Below are positions 16,366 through 27,024 of a DNA stretch of 64,000 nucleotides, in pieces (position 1 is the stretch's first letter; the number at the start of each line of letters is the position of its first letter). The position numbers and the translations under genes were made by a program. The stretch is from Myxococcales bacterium (GTDB taxonomy: Bacteria > Myxococcota_A > Polyangia > Polyangiales > GCA-016699535): positions 178,179-242,178 of the forward strand of contig JACKDX010000001.1 in assembly GCA_020633325.1 (NCBI GenBank), given 5' to 3'. The notes under the pieces were generated by a model, which saw only the letters and a list, made by a program, of their open reading frames with translations, was not told where the DNA came from and did no database searches.

Positions 16366-17862
16366 TTACTTTCGCGCCGCCCTAAGCCGATCTATCATAC
16401 TGTCGCGTCTGGCGATGGCGGGTTCTGCACATTTCCAGCCGCCAAACGCGGATTCAAGTTCTTTAGCCACCCCCAAACACAGCCGATCATTACCCCGTTT
16501 GGCGATAACCTGGACGGCGACCGGCAGTCCGTCTTCATCCACACCCACAGGCACGACGGTGGCCGGAAATTCCAAAACGTTAACAATGGCTGTATAGGCC
16601 ACATCGAGCGGGCGCAGGAGCGAGAGGTTATGGGGTGGGGCCGTGCGGGTATAGACGGGATAGAGCCAAATCCCTCTTTCACCCAGGGTGCCCTCCAACT
16701 CACGTTGCAAGGCGTGCCCCTCTTCCACAAACGACTGAAGCGGCGCGGCGCGTTTCGGAAGCTTACGGAATGCGCTATCGAGCGCTGCGATACCAAGCGC
16801 AGGCGCCGTGTGTTCCGAGCGACCGAGCACCAGCTTGAGTGCCTCTCTCCAAAGCTCCAAGGCCTGACCGCCGCCTAGCACTTCCGCATAGCTCGTATGC
16901 TGCACCTCTAACATCATGGCGCTCCAGATCTCGAAGGAATGCCGAAGCTTGGGCTCCTCAAATGGGGCGACCTCTGCACCCCGCGAGCGCAAATATGCTC
17001 CGGCCTTTTCGACACCTTGTCGAACAGTTTTTGAAACGCGCTGACGGCCATTGGACGTGACTTCAAACACGCGCACAGCACTCATGTCGAGCGTTGGAAG
17101 CGGCACCGCCTGCGCATGGGTGATGCACGATTCGGTAGACATGACCTCAAGCAGTAGCGCAAGATCCCGGACCCGCCTGGCAATGGGGCCACCTGTTAAG
17201 TATGAGGATAGTTGAGGATGAATGGCTGGGAAATGCCCTGTGTTCGGGACCAGGCCTCCTGTGGGTTTATGGCCCACAGCCCCGCAAAACGCGGCTGGGA
17301 TCCGTATGGAACCGCCGAGATCTGAAGCAATGCCAAAAGGGACGCCGCCCGATGCTACGATGGCACCATCGCCTCCACTCGAACCTCCCGATGTGCGGGA
17401 GAGATCCCAGGGATTAGATGTGCACCCATACAAGCGATTGGCGCATTCAATCCACATCCCACCTTCGGGAACATTGGTGACGCCGCACACGATGGCGCCG
17501 GACTGCCGGATACGGCGCACAATCTCAGCGTCGGTGGCCGGATGCCGGTGCTCCTTACGGTGGACCAGGCCGCCTGTTTGGGGCATTCCTTGGACGGCCC
17601 AGAATTCCTTGACCGTGCAGGGAACCCCTAACAATGCTGGCAACTGCTCCTCTTCCTTAGCAGCCATCACCACGCGCTCGGCGATCTTGGCTTCCTCGCG
17701 GGCCAGGGCAAATCTGTCGGCCACCACGGCGTTGATCAGCGGATTGACGGCTAAAATCCGCTCGATGTGTGCCTCCAGCACTTCACTAACCGAGTAATTT
17801 TTGGCCCGAATCGCATCCGCGAGTTCAGCTGTGGACAGCTGCAAAAGATGGCCGTTCGACAC
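16366..17862 (-). CDS. amidase-signature family amidase (GatA-like fold)
   Basis: TSGGSSGGDGAIVASGGVPFGIASDLGGSIRIPAAFCG. Confidence 0.8.
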   Translation of the reverse strand: MSNGHLLQLSTAELADAIRAKNYSVSEVLEAHIERILAVNPLINAVVADRFALAREEAKIAERVVMAAKEEEQLPALLGVPCTVKEFWAVQGMPQTGGLVHRKEHRHPATDAEIVRRIRQSGAIVCGVTNVPEGGMWIECANRLYGCTSNPWDLSRTSGGSSGGDGAIVASGGVPFGIASDLGGSIRIPAAFCGAVGHKPTGGLVPNTGHFPAIHPQLSSYLTGGPIARRVRDLALLLEVMSTESCITHAQAVPLPTLDMSAVRVFEVTSNGRQRVSKTVRQGVEKAGAYLRSRGAEVAPFEEPKLRHSFEIWSAMMLEVQHTSYAEVLGGGQALELWREALKLVLGRSEHTAPALGIAALDSAFRKLPKRAAPLQSFVEEGHALQRELEGTLGERGIWLYPVYTRTAPPHNLSLLRPLDVAYTAIVNVLEFPATVVPVGVDEDGLPVAVQVIAKRGNDRLCLGVAKELESAFGGWKCAEPAIARRDSMIDRLRAARK

Positions 17863-17938
17863 GCCGCTTACATAGCACGTTTTTCGCGAACGCCGCCCAA
17901 GTTTACCCTCTTGGAATTCAATCTATCCATCCGAAGGG

Positions 17939-18010
<72 letters not shown>

Positions 18011-18089
18011 GTACGAAGCACCGTCAGTCGCCCATGCGACCGGATCTGGTATGTCAGTCGACGCCCTATTGTCAAGTCTCCTGGCAGGG

Positions 18090-19619
18090 TCACTCATAAC
18101 GAAGACCTTCTACCGGAGGCAAGCGCGATGCCCACCAGCTTGGCAAGAGCGTGGCGGTGGCGCAAATTGTGAGTGCAATGACAACCGTAAGCGCGAATTC
18201 TATCCAGCTGGTTCGCACGGGCAAATGATCGACCAAATACACCTTGGGATCCAACGGAAACTTGTACATGGAGAGATAGGCGCATACGCCGCCCCCAAGT
18301 ACTAAACCACTGAAAGTTCCCGCCAATCCGATCATCGCGCCTTGAAGACTGAACATTGCCAGGATGCTTCTCTGCTTCGCGCCCATGGCTTTGAGAATTG
18401 CGATTTGGCGTTTTCGTTCCAATACGATCATGATCAAAGTTGCCACCACATTAAACGCGGCCACCAAAATGATTGTCGCAATGACCAGACTCAGTGCAAC
18501 TTTTTGAATTTCCAAAGCCGTAAACAGATTATGATTTAACTCTCTCCAATCCATGGTGTGATAGGGACCGTGTCCCATCTGCCGTTCAAGTTTTCGTGCG
18601 ATCTGCGGGGCTTTGTCGAGATGATGCAAACGCACTTCCACACCAGTGACCGTGTCGCCTTGGTCAAAAAATTTCTGAGCGGCATACAGATCAATATAGA
18701 CTAACCGACTGTCGTATTCCTGAAACCCAGCTTCGAAGATGCCGATGACCTTGAACTTCTGGGTTCTCGGCGTCATGCCGGAGGGCTTCCATATGCTGAT
18801 ATCGAGCCCCGTTAAAGGAGAGTAGACCGTGACCTCGTCCCCTACGGTCATCCCTAAACTACGCGCTAAGGTATTGCCCACCACAATCCCTGGAAGCGGC
18901 CCCGAGGTTTTGGAGCGGTCGACCTCTTGCTCCGCATCATCGAGCAGCGCATTCTCCGTTTGAGCGTTCATGGGTAGGGTCGCATCGCTTTTTTTTAGCG
19001 ATGCCTCCGCATGGGATGGAGTGGGGACCGTTACTCCCCGCTGTGCCAACGGGACCTTCTTTGGCCTTTCGGCAATAGCCTCTTTTTGGGAAGTCCCTGG
19101 GGAATTCCCCTCGATTTCACGTAGGATTTCATTGAAATCAACTTCCTCCCCATCTTCGGGTCCGATTTCCCGGGCAAATGCTGCGGGTTTGGCGCCCTTT
19201 TGCCTGAGCCCGTGAAGGGAGCCGCGAATCATCTGCTTTGGCAGATCAAGCACCTTTTGCATGCGTTCCGGATCTATGCCTTTGACTAGCACACCAGCCA
19301 CCCGATCGCCTTTGGCCAGCATCATATCGTCAATACGAAACGGAGCTGCGCCGGCCACTTCTTTAAGGCGTTCGGCTTTGGCAATCACCGCTCGGTACTC
19401 TTCAAAGTCCAGCCCGTATTTCAAAAGGAGCACGTGTGCATTCACCCCCAGCACCTTGTTGCGAAACTGCTCCTGAAATCCCGATGTAATGGACATCACC
19501 GAAAGGAGAGCGGCCACACCGAGCGCGACGCCTGTCACAGCAACTGCCGAAATTACGGAAAGCGTGGTGCGCTTTTTGGCCCGTAGGTAGCTATAGCCAA
19601 GTTGCCATACATAGTGCAT
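18090..19619 (-). CDS. LolC/LolE-like FtsX-family ABC permease with a long periplasmic-domain insertion
   Basis: N-terminal YLRAKKRTTLSVISAVAVTGVALGVAALLSVMSITSGF and C-terminal ILKAMGAKQRSILAMFSLQG. At 509 aa it is about 100 aa longer than typical LolC/E. Confidence 0.7.
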   Translation of the reverse strand: MHYVWQLGYSYLRAKKRTTLSVISAVAVTGVALGVAALLSVMSITSGFQEQFRNKVLGVNAHVLLLKYGLDFEEYRAVIAKAERLKEVAGAAPFRIDDMMLAKGDRVAGVLVKGIDPERMQKVLDLPKQMIRGSLHGLRQKGAKPAAFAREIGPEDGEEVDFNEILREIEGNSPGTSQKEAIAERPKKVPLAQRGVTVPTPSHAEASLKKSDATLPMNAQTENALLDDAEQEVDRSKTSGPLPGIVVGNTLARSLGMTVGDEVTVYSPLTGLDISIWKPSGMTPRTQKFKVIGIFEAGFQEYDSRLVYIDLYAAQKFFDQGDTVTGVEVRLHHLDKAPQIARKLERQMGHGPYHTMDWRELNHNLFTALEIQKVALSLVIATIILVAAFNVVATLIMIVLERKRQIAILKAMGAKQRSILAMFSLQGAMIGLAGTFSGLVLGGGVCAYLSMYKFPLDPKVYLVDHLPVRTSWIEFALTVVIALTICATATLLPSWWASRLPPVEGLRYE

Positions 19620-19653
19620 CGAGTTGAAAGACTGCTACCATAGGTTTTGATTC

Positions 19654-20172
19654 ATGACCAAGCCAGCAAACCGTTATTCTTGGCAACCGCTGCGCGCCCT
19701 GCATGCTAACCAAGAACGCCTTGAACAAGACAGGCTCAAAGATACGCAAGCAGATCTGGAGTCAGCCCAGGCGGTCCTCGCGCGGGCGACCGAGGCACAC
19801 AACCACTGGTTAGCGCGGCGCGCATACGCGCGGCGGGAGCTTGAGAATAGCCTGCTTGTCAATTGTGGCGGAGCCGAGCTTCAAAACCGGTCTGCTTTCG
19901 ATGCGCGATGTGTGGCGATGTGTCATAAACAGTATGAACGACGTCTCAATGCGGAACGCAAAGTCCTCAGCATGACCCGTCGGGTCGAACAGGCGAGCCT
20001 AAATTTGCACGGCGCTCACGCGCAAAGAAAAGCATCAGATATGCATTACGAGAAATGGCTTGTTCAACAACGGCGAGATGTTGCAATCAACGAAGAACTG
20101 GAACAGGAAGACCAGTATGCCGCACGAAGCTTCACTCGATACACGCACGGAACAAAACCGGGACGGGAATAG
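19654..20172 (+). CDS. coiled-coil protein of unknown function (weak FliJ/YscO-like pattern)
   Basis: Heptad-rich, charged 172-aa ORF. The family resemblance is only impressionistic. Confidence 0.35.
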   Translation: MTKPANRYSWQPLRALHANQERLEQDRLKDTQADLESAQAVLARATEAHNHWLARRAYARRELENSLLVNCGGAELQNRSAFDARCVAMCHKQYERRLNAERKVLSMTRRVEQASLNLHGAHAQRKASDMHYEKWLVQQRRDVAINEELEQEDQYAARSFTRYTHGTKPGRE

Positions 20173-20177
20173 GGAGC

Positions 20178-20990
20178 ATGCTAGAAGTTTCCGCGTACAA
20201 TTTCGAGGGAGCGTGTTTTGATTTGGAGCAACCTAGCGATCGACAAATCGTAGGCTTTATTCTGTCTCAAGCATTGTATGGAGAAGCCACGGGTGTCTAC
20301 TGCGGCAAGTCGCTTTACTCAGCTCATTCTCTCGAAGCAGCACGTTTTTATTTAAAACAAGCGCGTCAAGAGCTTGGTCACCTAGAGATCTTTGCCGAGA
20401 TCTTTCGCACGCTGGAGCTTCAGCCACAAAAGCCCCATTGGATCATTCGCCTCTTGGCATCTCATAACAACTACTATCCCCTGAAAGTGCTCATGGAGCA
20501 TGCCATCGGCGAAGGAATGGTTCTCGATATCTTCAAAGATGTGCTGCTCCAAACGTTGCCTGATGCCGATCCTCGTGTTCCCCAAATCAAACGCAAACTG
20601 CGGGTTGTATGCCGAGAAGAACAAGAACATGTAGCGTGGGGAGAAAAGGAAACTCGCCGGATGTTACGGGCAATGCCTTGGCTCAAAACGCCGTATTACG
20701 GATTGGTCGAGCTGCAACTGCTTGCGATCGACGCTTTGGCGCATCTCCTTCGCCGCCGCTCGAAAACACATCCTGTCTTAGCGCATTTGCCGCGTTTTGC
20801 GGCTCATATTCGCGCGCGTGTACGCACTCAAAGTCATAATCTCGGCATTGTGCCCCAAAAAGCCCCGCCCTTCCTAAAGCGTATGGGCGCGATGCTGGCA
20901 GGGCTTTTATTGTATGCGCGCAGTCGCTTTTCACCCAGCCGTTCAATACTGGAGAAGACGTATTTGCGCGAACTGGGCTTTGAGAACTAG
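20178..20990 (+). CDS. ferritin-like di-iron carboxylate protein
   Basis: AGGGAG lies before the ATG at 20178. Has the E / ExxH / E / ExxH pattern (YGEATG, QELGH, IGEG, EEQEH). Confidence 0.55.
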   Translation: MLEVSAYNFEGACFDLEQPSDRQIVGFILSQALYGEATGVYCGKSLYSAHSLEAARFYLKQARQELGHLEIFAEIFRTLELQPQKPHWIIRLLASHNNYYPLKVLMEHAIGEGMVLDIFKDVLLQTLPDADPRVPQIKRKLRVVCREEQEHVAWGEKETRRMLRAMPWLKTPYYGLVELQLLAIDALAHLLRRRSKTHPVLAHLPRFAAHIRARVRTQSHNLGIVPQKAPPFLKRMGAMLAGLLLYARSRFSPSRSILEKTYLRELGFEN

Positions 20991-21039
20991 GGGCTTCAAG
21001 AAGTTGCTGTGAGTGCTCATCAATCCTAGGCTTCGGGCT

Positions 21040-23352
21040 ATGCGGTTCGTCACCCTTGGGTCGATGCTGAGCCTGACGGTCTGCGTCATGGCCGGAGCTT
21101 TGCTCTATCTCTGCAGCAATGCCCGAGCCGAGGAGCGCGTGAGCAAACATGCCGGGGTTTTTGATCCGGCTACGATTTCGCTACCAAGCGCTGACCCAGT
21201 GTACCAGGCAAGGCTCGCGCTAACTGCGGGTACGCCACAAAGAGCAGCGGCACTCCTCACGGATGTATCGACAGTAAGCGACAATCCATTGGCCCAGGGC
21301 CGGTGGTATTGGTTGCTAGCTCAAGCCGCACTTGCTCAAGGAGAGTGGTCCAAGGCGTCTCATTGGTTTCGCACACTCGCTGACACGCATCACCCGCTCT
21401 CCACACACGCACGTTTAGAGTACGCCAAAATTCTCATCAATGGTGACCCACTCACGGCTGCGCTCATCGCATCTCAGCTCCGCGGCATACACCCCGGCGG
21501 ATATGAAGCGAAGGTGCTTGAGGTCAAAGCCGTGGCGAAGACCGGTGCGATGCAAGAGGCAATCGCCCGCGCCGACGCCCTCCTCAAAGAGATCGCTCCT
21601 GCAAGCGCAGGTGCTTCATTTTTGATGCCTCTATCGGACATGCTAGCGGCCCAAGCAGACCCTGCTCTAAAGAAAGCGGCCCTCAGCTACTATCGACGCG
21701 TCGCAAGCCGCATTCCCTTACACCCGGTGGGACTCGATGCCATGAAGAAAGCGAACACCTTGCTGCTCGCTTTGCCCCGAGATGAACGGGCGTCGCTTGG
21801 CGTCTGGGCGACTCAAGATCGGCTGGCGCATGGGCAGGCACTGTTTGCTGCTCGAGAGTACGAAAAGGCTGAAACAATGTTTAAGGAGCTTGCCAGTCGG
21901 CTGACAGGTCCTGAGCAGTGCGAGGCTCGTTTCATGCAGGCCAGGTCCATGCTTCAACGAAAGGCGCGCGCCGAGGGAGGTCCGCTGATGGCCCGTGTGT
22001 CTCGCGAGTGCAAAAGCTCCATGGTGCGTCCCCGGGCGCTCTTTTTGGCCGCTGACGCTTATGCAAACCTTGACGACCACCGTCAGGCACGCATTCTTTA
22101 CGCCCGGCTCGAACGAGAGTTTCCCACCCATCGACTTGCAGACGATGCCCGTTATCGAACCGCGCTGTTGCTGCGCGCCGATAAGAAAGAATCACACGCT
22201 CAGCAGCTACTCTTGAGCCTTCCGCGCAGGTATCCAGACGGAGACATGGAACATGAAGCGCGCTTCATGTTGGCCTGGCAAGCATATACCCAAAGGCGTT
22301 ACCCCTTGGCCAAGAACCACTTAGAAAAGCTGGTTGTTTTGCCCCGCAAACCGTCAGAGGAAGGTCTCCACGGTCAGGATGAGTATTGGCTCGCGAGAGT
22401 GTTCGAACGATTGCACCAATGTGATGTCGCTATCACACATTATGTGGCCCTTTTCCACCGGTGGCCACTTACGTACTACGCTCAATTGGCTTGGGCCCGC
22501 ATCTATATGCTGGATCCCCAGCGGGCCGGCAAGCTCATCGCATCCCTGGCGCCCACGCACGAGCCGCGTCTTCAATTTGCGTGGCGATCTTGGTTGGACA
22601 CGGACGACTTCGAACGTCTTCTTGAATGGTATCGCGTGGGAGAGTACGGCCACGTCGCCGAAGAGATCAGCGCCTTTTTTGCTCGCGATCCAGCGCCGGA
22701 TCGCGAATCGGTCTGGCTGTTTGCTGCGCTGCTAAACCATGTGGGAAGACATCCACAGGCCATCCAGTTGCTGCGCTCACATATGAAGGACCTCTGGCGC
22801 CGTGCTCCAATAGGACAAGAATTGGCGAGGTGGAAAGTCGCCTACCCCAGAGCGTATCAGCCCTTGATTGACAAGGAAGCGGCAAAACAGGGTGTGCCGT
22901 CCAGTTTGGTTCGAGCCATTGCGCGAGAAGAAAGCAGCTTCGATCCCGGCGCCGTCTCGGCGGCACGCGCATATGGTCTCATTCAGCTGATTCCGCCAAC
23001 CGCCAAGACCCATGCCGCGCCACTTAACATGCCGTACGATCCGGCGTCGCTGAAGAAACCGGAAATCAATCTTCCTATCGGTATCCATTTTCTGCGCTTC
23101 CTTTGGGATAAGTACCATGGAAAAGTCGCGTTGCTTCCTGCGGCCTATAATGCCGGCGAAGCTGCTGTTGATCGCTGGTTGACTGAGCGCGGCACTCAGC
23201 CAATCGACGAATGGATTGAAAACATCCCGTACAGTCAAACCCGTCGTTACAGCAGGCGGGTTCTGCAAACCTACGGGATCTATCACTGGTTAGATACCCA
23301 GCGCCTTCCTGCGCTTTTTCCGCCTGCCCATGCGCTCAGCAACGCACACTAA
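21040..23352 (+). CDS. slt: soluble lytic murein transglycosylase (Slt70-like)
   Basis: Signal peptide, long helical-repeat N-terminal region, and SLT motif AIAREESSFDPGAVSAARAYGLIQLIPPTA...AAYNAG. Confidence 0.8.
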   Translation: MRFVTLGSMLSLTVCVMAGALLYLCSNARAEERVSKHAGVFDPATISLPSADPVYQARLALTAGTPQRAAALLTDVSTVSDNPLAQGRWYWLLAQAALAQGEWSKASHWFRTLADTHHPLSTHARLEYAKILINGDPLTAALIASQLRGIHPGGYEAKVLEVKAVAKTGAMQEAIARADALLKEIAPASAGASFLMPLSDMLAAQADPALKKAALSYYRRVASRIPLHPVGLDAMKKANTLLLALPRDERASLGVWATQDRLAHGQALFAAREYEKAETMFKELASRLTGPEQCEARFMQARSMLQRKARAEGGPLMARVSRECKSSMVRPRALFLAADAYANLDDHRQARILYARLEREFPTHRLADDARYRTALLLRADKKESHAQQLLLSLPRRYPDGDMEHEARFMLAWQAYTQRRYPLAKNHLEKLVVLPRKPSEEGLHGQDEYWLARVFERLHQCDVAITHYVALFHRWPLTYYAQLAWARIYMLDPQRAGKLIASLAPTHEPRLQFAWRSWLDTDDFERLLEWYRVGEYGHVAEEISAFFARDPAPDRESVWLFAALLNHVGRHPQAIQLLRSHMKDLWRRAPIGQELARWKVAYPRAYQPLIDKEAAKQGVPSSLVRAIAREESSFDPGAVSAARAYGLIQLIPPTAKTHAAPLNMPYDPASLKKPEINLPIGIHFLRFLWDKYHGKVALLPAAYNAGEAAVDRWLTERGTQPIDEWIENIPYSQTRRYSRRVLQTYGIYHWLDTQRLPALFPPAHALSNAH

Positions 23353-23360
23353 GCTGGTGA

Positions 23361-24437
23361 TCACTTCTCGCGTAAGGCCGTATCTAATTCTTTGAGCAAT
23401 TTTTTGATCTTGGAAGAAAGCTTGGTGGGAACCTCCACACGCAGAACGGCGACATAGTCGCCGCGACCTCGCGCATCGATTCTCGGCATGCCCTCGCCCC
23501 TCAGCACAATAGTGTCTCCCGGCTGGCTGCCGGGCGGAACTTTTATGGTGAGGGACCTGCCATCCACCAGGGTAGGGGCCTCGGTTTTGGTTCCCAGAGC
23601 CGCCTCTGGATAGCTCAACGCAAGTTCGTACACCAAATCTGCGCCGTCACGCTGCAGGTGGACATCGTTTTCCAAATGCACGGTTACGTAGAGATGCCCC
23701 GCCGGCCCGCCCCGCAAACCGGGTTGACCCTTACCGGCAACTCTCAGCGTCTGACCGTCGTCGATGCCGGCGGGTATCGTGATATTTACGGTGCGTTCAG
23801 TGACCACCTCGCCCTGACCTTTGCACTCCTCGCAAGATTGCGTCGCCACAAAGCCACGTCCTCGACAGTTCGGGCAAGTCTGGGACATCATAAAGGGCCC
23901 ACGCGCGTACGTGACCTGCCCCGCACCGCGACACGAACTGCATGGTTGGCGGTGAGAAGGCTCAGCGCCAAGACCTTCGCAAGGCTGGCAAGGGGCATGG
24001 TAGCGTAGAGCCAGATCCTTCTTGATGCCTGAAAAGGCTTCCTTCAGGGTAAGAGAAACGTCTGCTGAAAGATCGCCGCCGCGGCTCGGCGCGTTCTTGC
24101 CTCCCTGGCGGGAAAATCCACCGCCAAAGATTTCGCCAAAGAAATCACCAAACAAATCCTGGACCTGCGAGGCGACATCTTCGAACCCGCTTACCCCGCG
24201 GTAGCCGGCGCCTTGTAGCCCTGCATGCCCAAACCGGTCATAGACCTGCCGCTTCTGAATATCGCTCAAAACTTGAAAGGCCTCGGATGCTTCTTTAAAT
24301 TTTTCTTCGGCCTGCGGGTTGTCTGGGTTCCGGTCTGGGTGCAATTGTAGTGCTTTCTGACGATAGGCTTTTTTTACTTCCTCAAGGGAAGCGCTGGCAG
24401 ACACCTCCAGAACCTCGTAATAATCCCGCTTGACCAT
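23361..24437 (-). CDS. dnaJ: molecular chaperone DnaJ
   Basis: J-domain DYYEVLEV...HPDRNP, a G/F region, and four CxxCxGxG zinc motifs. Confidence 0.9.
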   Translation of the reverse strand: MVKRDYYEVLEVSASASLEEVKKAYRQKALQLHPDRNPDNPQAEEKFKEASEAFQVLSDIQKRQVYDRFGHAGLQGAGYRGVSGFEDVASQVQDLFGDFFGEIFGGGFSRQGGKNAPSRGGDLSADVSLTLKEAFSGIKKDLALRYHAPCQPCEGLGAEPSHRQPCSSCRGAGQVTYARGPFMMSQTCPNCRGRGFVATQSCEECKGQGEVVTERTVNITIPAGIDDGQTLRVAGKGQPGLRGGPAGHLYVTVHLENDVHLQRDGADLVYELALSYPEAALGTKTEAPTLVDGRSLTIKVPPGSQPGDTIVLRGEGMPRIDARGRGDYVAVLRVEVPTKLSSKIKKLLKELDTALREK

Positions 24438-24490
24438 GGCTTTGGAGCGCAACCTAAGCCTTTCCTTTCGAAGGTCAAGCCACAACCGCC

Positions 24491-25672
24491 ATGCAATTAC
24501 CGCTTTCTACGCTGTCAATATACATCCATTTCCCATGGTGTCGGCGCAAATGCCCCTATTGCGACTTTGCGACCAGGGCCATTGAGCCGGATGATATTCC
24601 CCATATGGCCTACGCAGAGGCCATAGTGCGCGAATTTCAATGGCGAGTGCCGCGCGTAGCGGAGCATCAGCTCATCTCCATTTTCATCGGTGGCGGCACG
24701 CCATCTTTATGGGACGCCGAAGCGGTAGCCATGCTGCTCAGCACCATTCGGAGTACCTTTGTGTGTTCTACGGTCGTTCCTGAGATCACTCTGGAATGTA
24801 ATCCCGACTCTTTGAGCAGCAACAGGGTTGAAGCGTTCGTCGCAGCTGGCGTCAATCGGTTATCGGTGGGTGTTCAGTCCCTTCGCGATCTGCGGCTTAA
24901 CTTCCTAGGGCGCTTGCACGATGCCGCCACCGCGCTTGCTGCACTAGAAGCCGCCGTCAGTCGCGTGCCGCGGCTGAGCGCCGACCTTATGTTTGGCATG
25001 CATGATCAAACTCCGGATGATCTACACGAAGAGCTCCAAACCCTTCTCGCAATTCCGGTGAGCCATCTCTCGGTCTATGCACTCACCGTAGAGCCGCGCA
25101 CGACGTTTGGAATGCGACATCGTCAAGGCCGCCTGCCTTTGGCAACCGATACACGCTACGCCGAGCTATTTACCACTGCGGAAGAGACGCTATGCTCGAG
25201 CGGGATGAGGCACTACGAAGTATCAAACTATGCCATGCCTCGTGAGGAATCGGTGCACAACAAGCACTACTGGGAAGGAGGCGATTACCTTGGTCTTGGC
25301 GCGGGCGCGGTCGGTTGCATAGGGCGCGTGGATGGCGGCAAACAACGCTATCTCAACCAAGCATCCCCGCAAAGCTACATGGCATGCTCAGATAGTTTTG
25401 CCATCCAAGAACGCACCGAAATACTCGGCGCTAGGGAACTCATCAACGAAGCGCTGATGCTTGGACTACGCACCGAAGAAGGAGTGGAGTTAGCGAGCCT
25501 CTCCAAACGCATCGGCCAATCACCCGCAAAAGGCCGCGAGCAGGCCCTCGAAGTCCAGCAAAAACGCGGCAATTTACTCATGACGCCTACCCACTGGGTT
25601 GTTCCTAAGAACCGTTGGCTTCATTTGGATGGGATCGTGGGCTCTCTTTTTCAATCAGGCGCGGCGTTGTGA
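24491..25672 (+). CDS. hemW: radical SAM heme chaperone HemW (HemN-like)
   Basis: [17 protein letters not shown] (CxxxCxxC) and GGGTPS. Confidence 0.8.
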   Translation: MQLPLSTLSIYIHFPWCRRKCPYCDFATRAIEPDDIPHMAYAEAIVREFQWRVPRVAEHQLISIFIGGGTPSLWDAEAVAMLLSTIRSTFVCSTVVPEITLECNPDSLSSNRVEAFVAAGVNRLSVGVQSLRDLRLNFLGRLHDAATALAALEAAVSRVPRLSADLMFGMHDQTPDDLHEELQTLLAIPVSHLSVYALTVEPRTTFGMRHRQGRLPLATDTRYAELFTTAEETLCSSGMRHYEVSNYAMPREESVHNKHYWEGGDYLGLGAGAVGCIGRVDGGKQRYLNQASPQSYMACSDSFAIQERTEILGARELINEALMLGLRTEEGVELASLSKRIGQSPAKGREQALEVQQKRGNLLMTPTHWVVPKNRWLHLDGIVGSLFQSGAAL

Positions 25673-26304
25673 AGACCCTACAGGCTCGAGGACTCAGCAA
25701 AACATTTGGCAATAAGACCGTCTTACGACACATCGATTTTTGTGTGGAGGCTTCCACCTTCACGGCGGTGCTGGGCGAAAACGGATCTGGGAAAAGCACC
25801 CTACTCCGTATCCTTGCGGGTCTTTGTAATCCTTCTAAAGGATCCGTTGAGTATGGCCTGCCTTCGGGCGACCGAAAATCCATACGACGTTCCATCGGCT
25901 TTGTAGGTCACGATGCAATGGCATATGCCGACCTTACGGGTCGAGAGAACCTCTGGTTTTTTGGGTCGCTCTATGGTCTCTCGGACCTTGAGGCGCGGAT
26001 AGCAGAGCTCACCACGCGATTTTCCATGCCGGGATGGTTGGACCAGGCGGCAAGGACATACTCCCGCGGGCAGCGCCAGCGACTTGCATTGGCGCGCGCC
26101 ATGCTACACTCGCCGAGGTTGTTATTGCTAGATGAGCCATTATCCGGTTTGGATGAGGGCGTTATGTTGGCCGTCCTTCATGGGCTACGGGAAGAACAGC
26201 GACGTGGCTGTATCATCATGATGAGCACCCATGACGTCACGGCCATTGCCTCTTTACGGCCTCAGCTGCTCCGTCTTTACCAAGGAAAGATTTTGCGAGA
26301 ATGA
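25669..26304 (+). CDS. ccmA: heme-exporter ABC ATPase CcmA
   Basis: The GTG start overlaps the hemW stop (GTGA). Walker A GENGSGKST, signature YSRGQRQR, Walker B LLLLDEP. Confidence 0.75.
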   Translation: MKTLQARGLSKTFGNKTVLRHIDFCVEASTFTAVLGENGSGKSTLLRILAGLCNPSKGSVEYGLPSGDRKSIRRSIGFVGHDAMAYADLTGRENLWFFGSLYGLSDLEARIAELTTRFSMPGWLDQAARTYSRGQRQRLALARAMLHSPRLLLLDEPLSGLDEGVMLAVLHGLREEQRRGCIIMMSTHDVTAIASLRPQLLRLYQGKILRE

Positions 26305-27002
26305 GTGTGTTGCGGGACACGCTGATCATTGCCCGAAATGAGCTGCGACTCGAAGGTCGCACCAAAGAGATCCTTTTCACAACCAGCATGTTCTCGCTCT
26401 TGATGGCAGTTGTCAGTTCATTGGCGTTTTATCTCGACCGCGTATCCGTACTTGCAATTGCGCCCGGCATTCTCTGGCTGGCGCTGAGCTTCTCGGGCAT
26501 TCTTGCCATGAGCCGAAGCTGGCTCAGGGAGGGTGAGTGGCATGTCATCGATGCGCTGTTGCTCAGTCCCATTTCCCGTGCCGCCCTGTATGCCGGCAAG
26601 GCCATCGCCGCTCTGATACTGCTGTTGCTCAATGCGACAATACTGACTTGTTTTGTGACTATTTTATGTCATCTAAGTCCGTTTATTAGCGAAAATCCTG
26701 CCAGGAATATCGGTTTTATGGCAATCTTCATACTGGCTGGTCTTATTGGATTTGTGGCACCCGGGACGTTATTTGCGTCCATGTCGGTGCGCACGAAGAT
26801 CCGTGAGCTCACCCTGAGCATCATCTTGTTTCCTTTATGCGCTCCTGCTTTGCTTGTCGGCGTAGTTGCCACGCGGGAACTGTTTGTCGGAGCACCCGAT
26901 CTGGAGCTTTGGAACTGGCTCAGAGTCCTTGTCGCATTTGATCTGGTGGTTGTAGCCATCTGTCCTATGCTATTTGAGCGACTTTTTTCCAGTCGCTCTT
27001 AG
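26301..27002 (+). CDS. ccmB: heme exporter membrane protein CcmB
   Basis: ATGA overlap with ccmA. IAPGILWLALSFSGILAMSRSW...LLLSPI parallels E. coli CcmB IAPGIIWVAALLSSLLALERLF...MLLPL. Confidence 0.75.
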   Translation: MSVLRDTLIIARNELRLEGRTKEILFTTSMFSLLMAVVSSLAFYLDRVSVLAIAPGILWLALSFSGILAMSRSWLREGEWHVIDALLLSPISRAALYAGKAIAALILLLLNATILTCFVTILCHLSPFISENPARNIGFMAIFILAGLIGFVAPGTLFASMSVRTKIRELTLSIILFPLCAPALLVGVVATRELFVGAPDLELWNWLRVLVAFDLVVVAICPMLFERLFSSRS

Positions 27003-27024
27003 GCGCACGTGTCGACCGCCTCCG

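Noticed and set aside
16315-17797. Several 60-190-aa plus-strand ORFs (16315..16878, 17222..17797 and others) opposite the amidase gene.
   Set aside because: They are antisense shadow frames in GC-rich coding DNA. The amidase frame carries the full GGSSGG/GSIRIPA signature.
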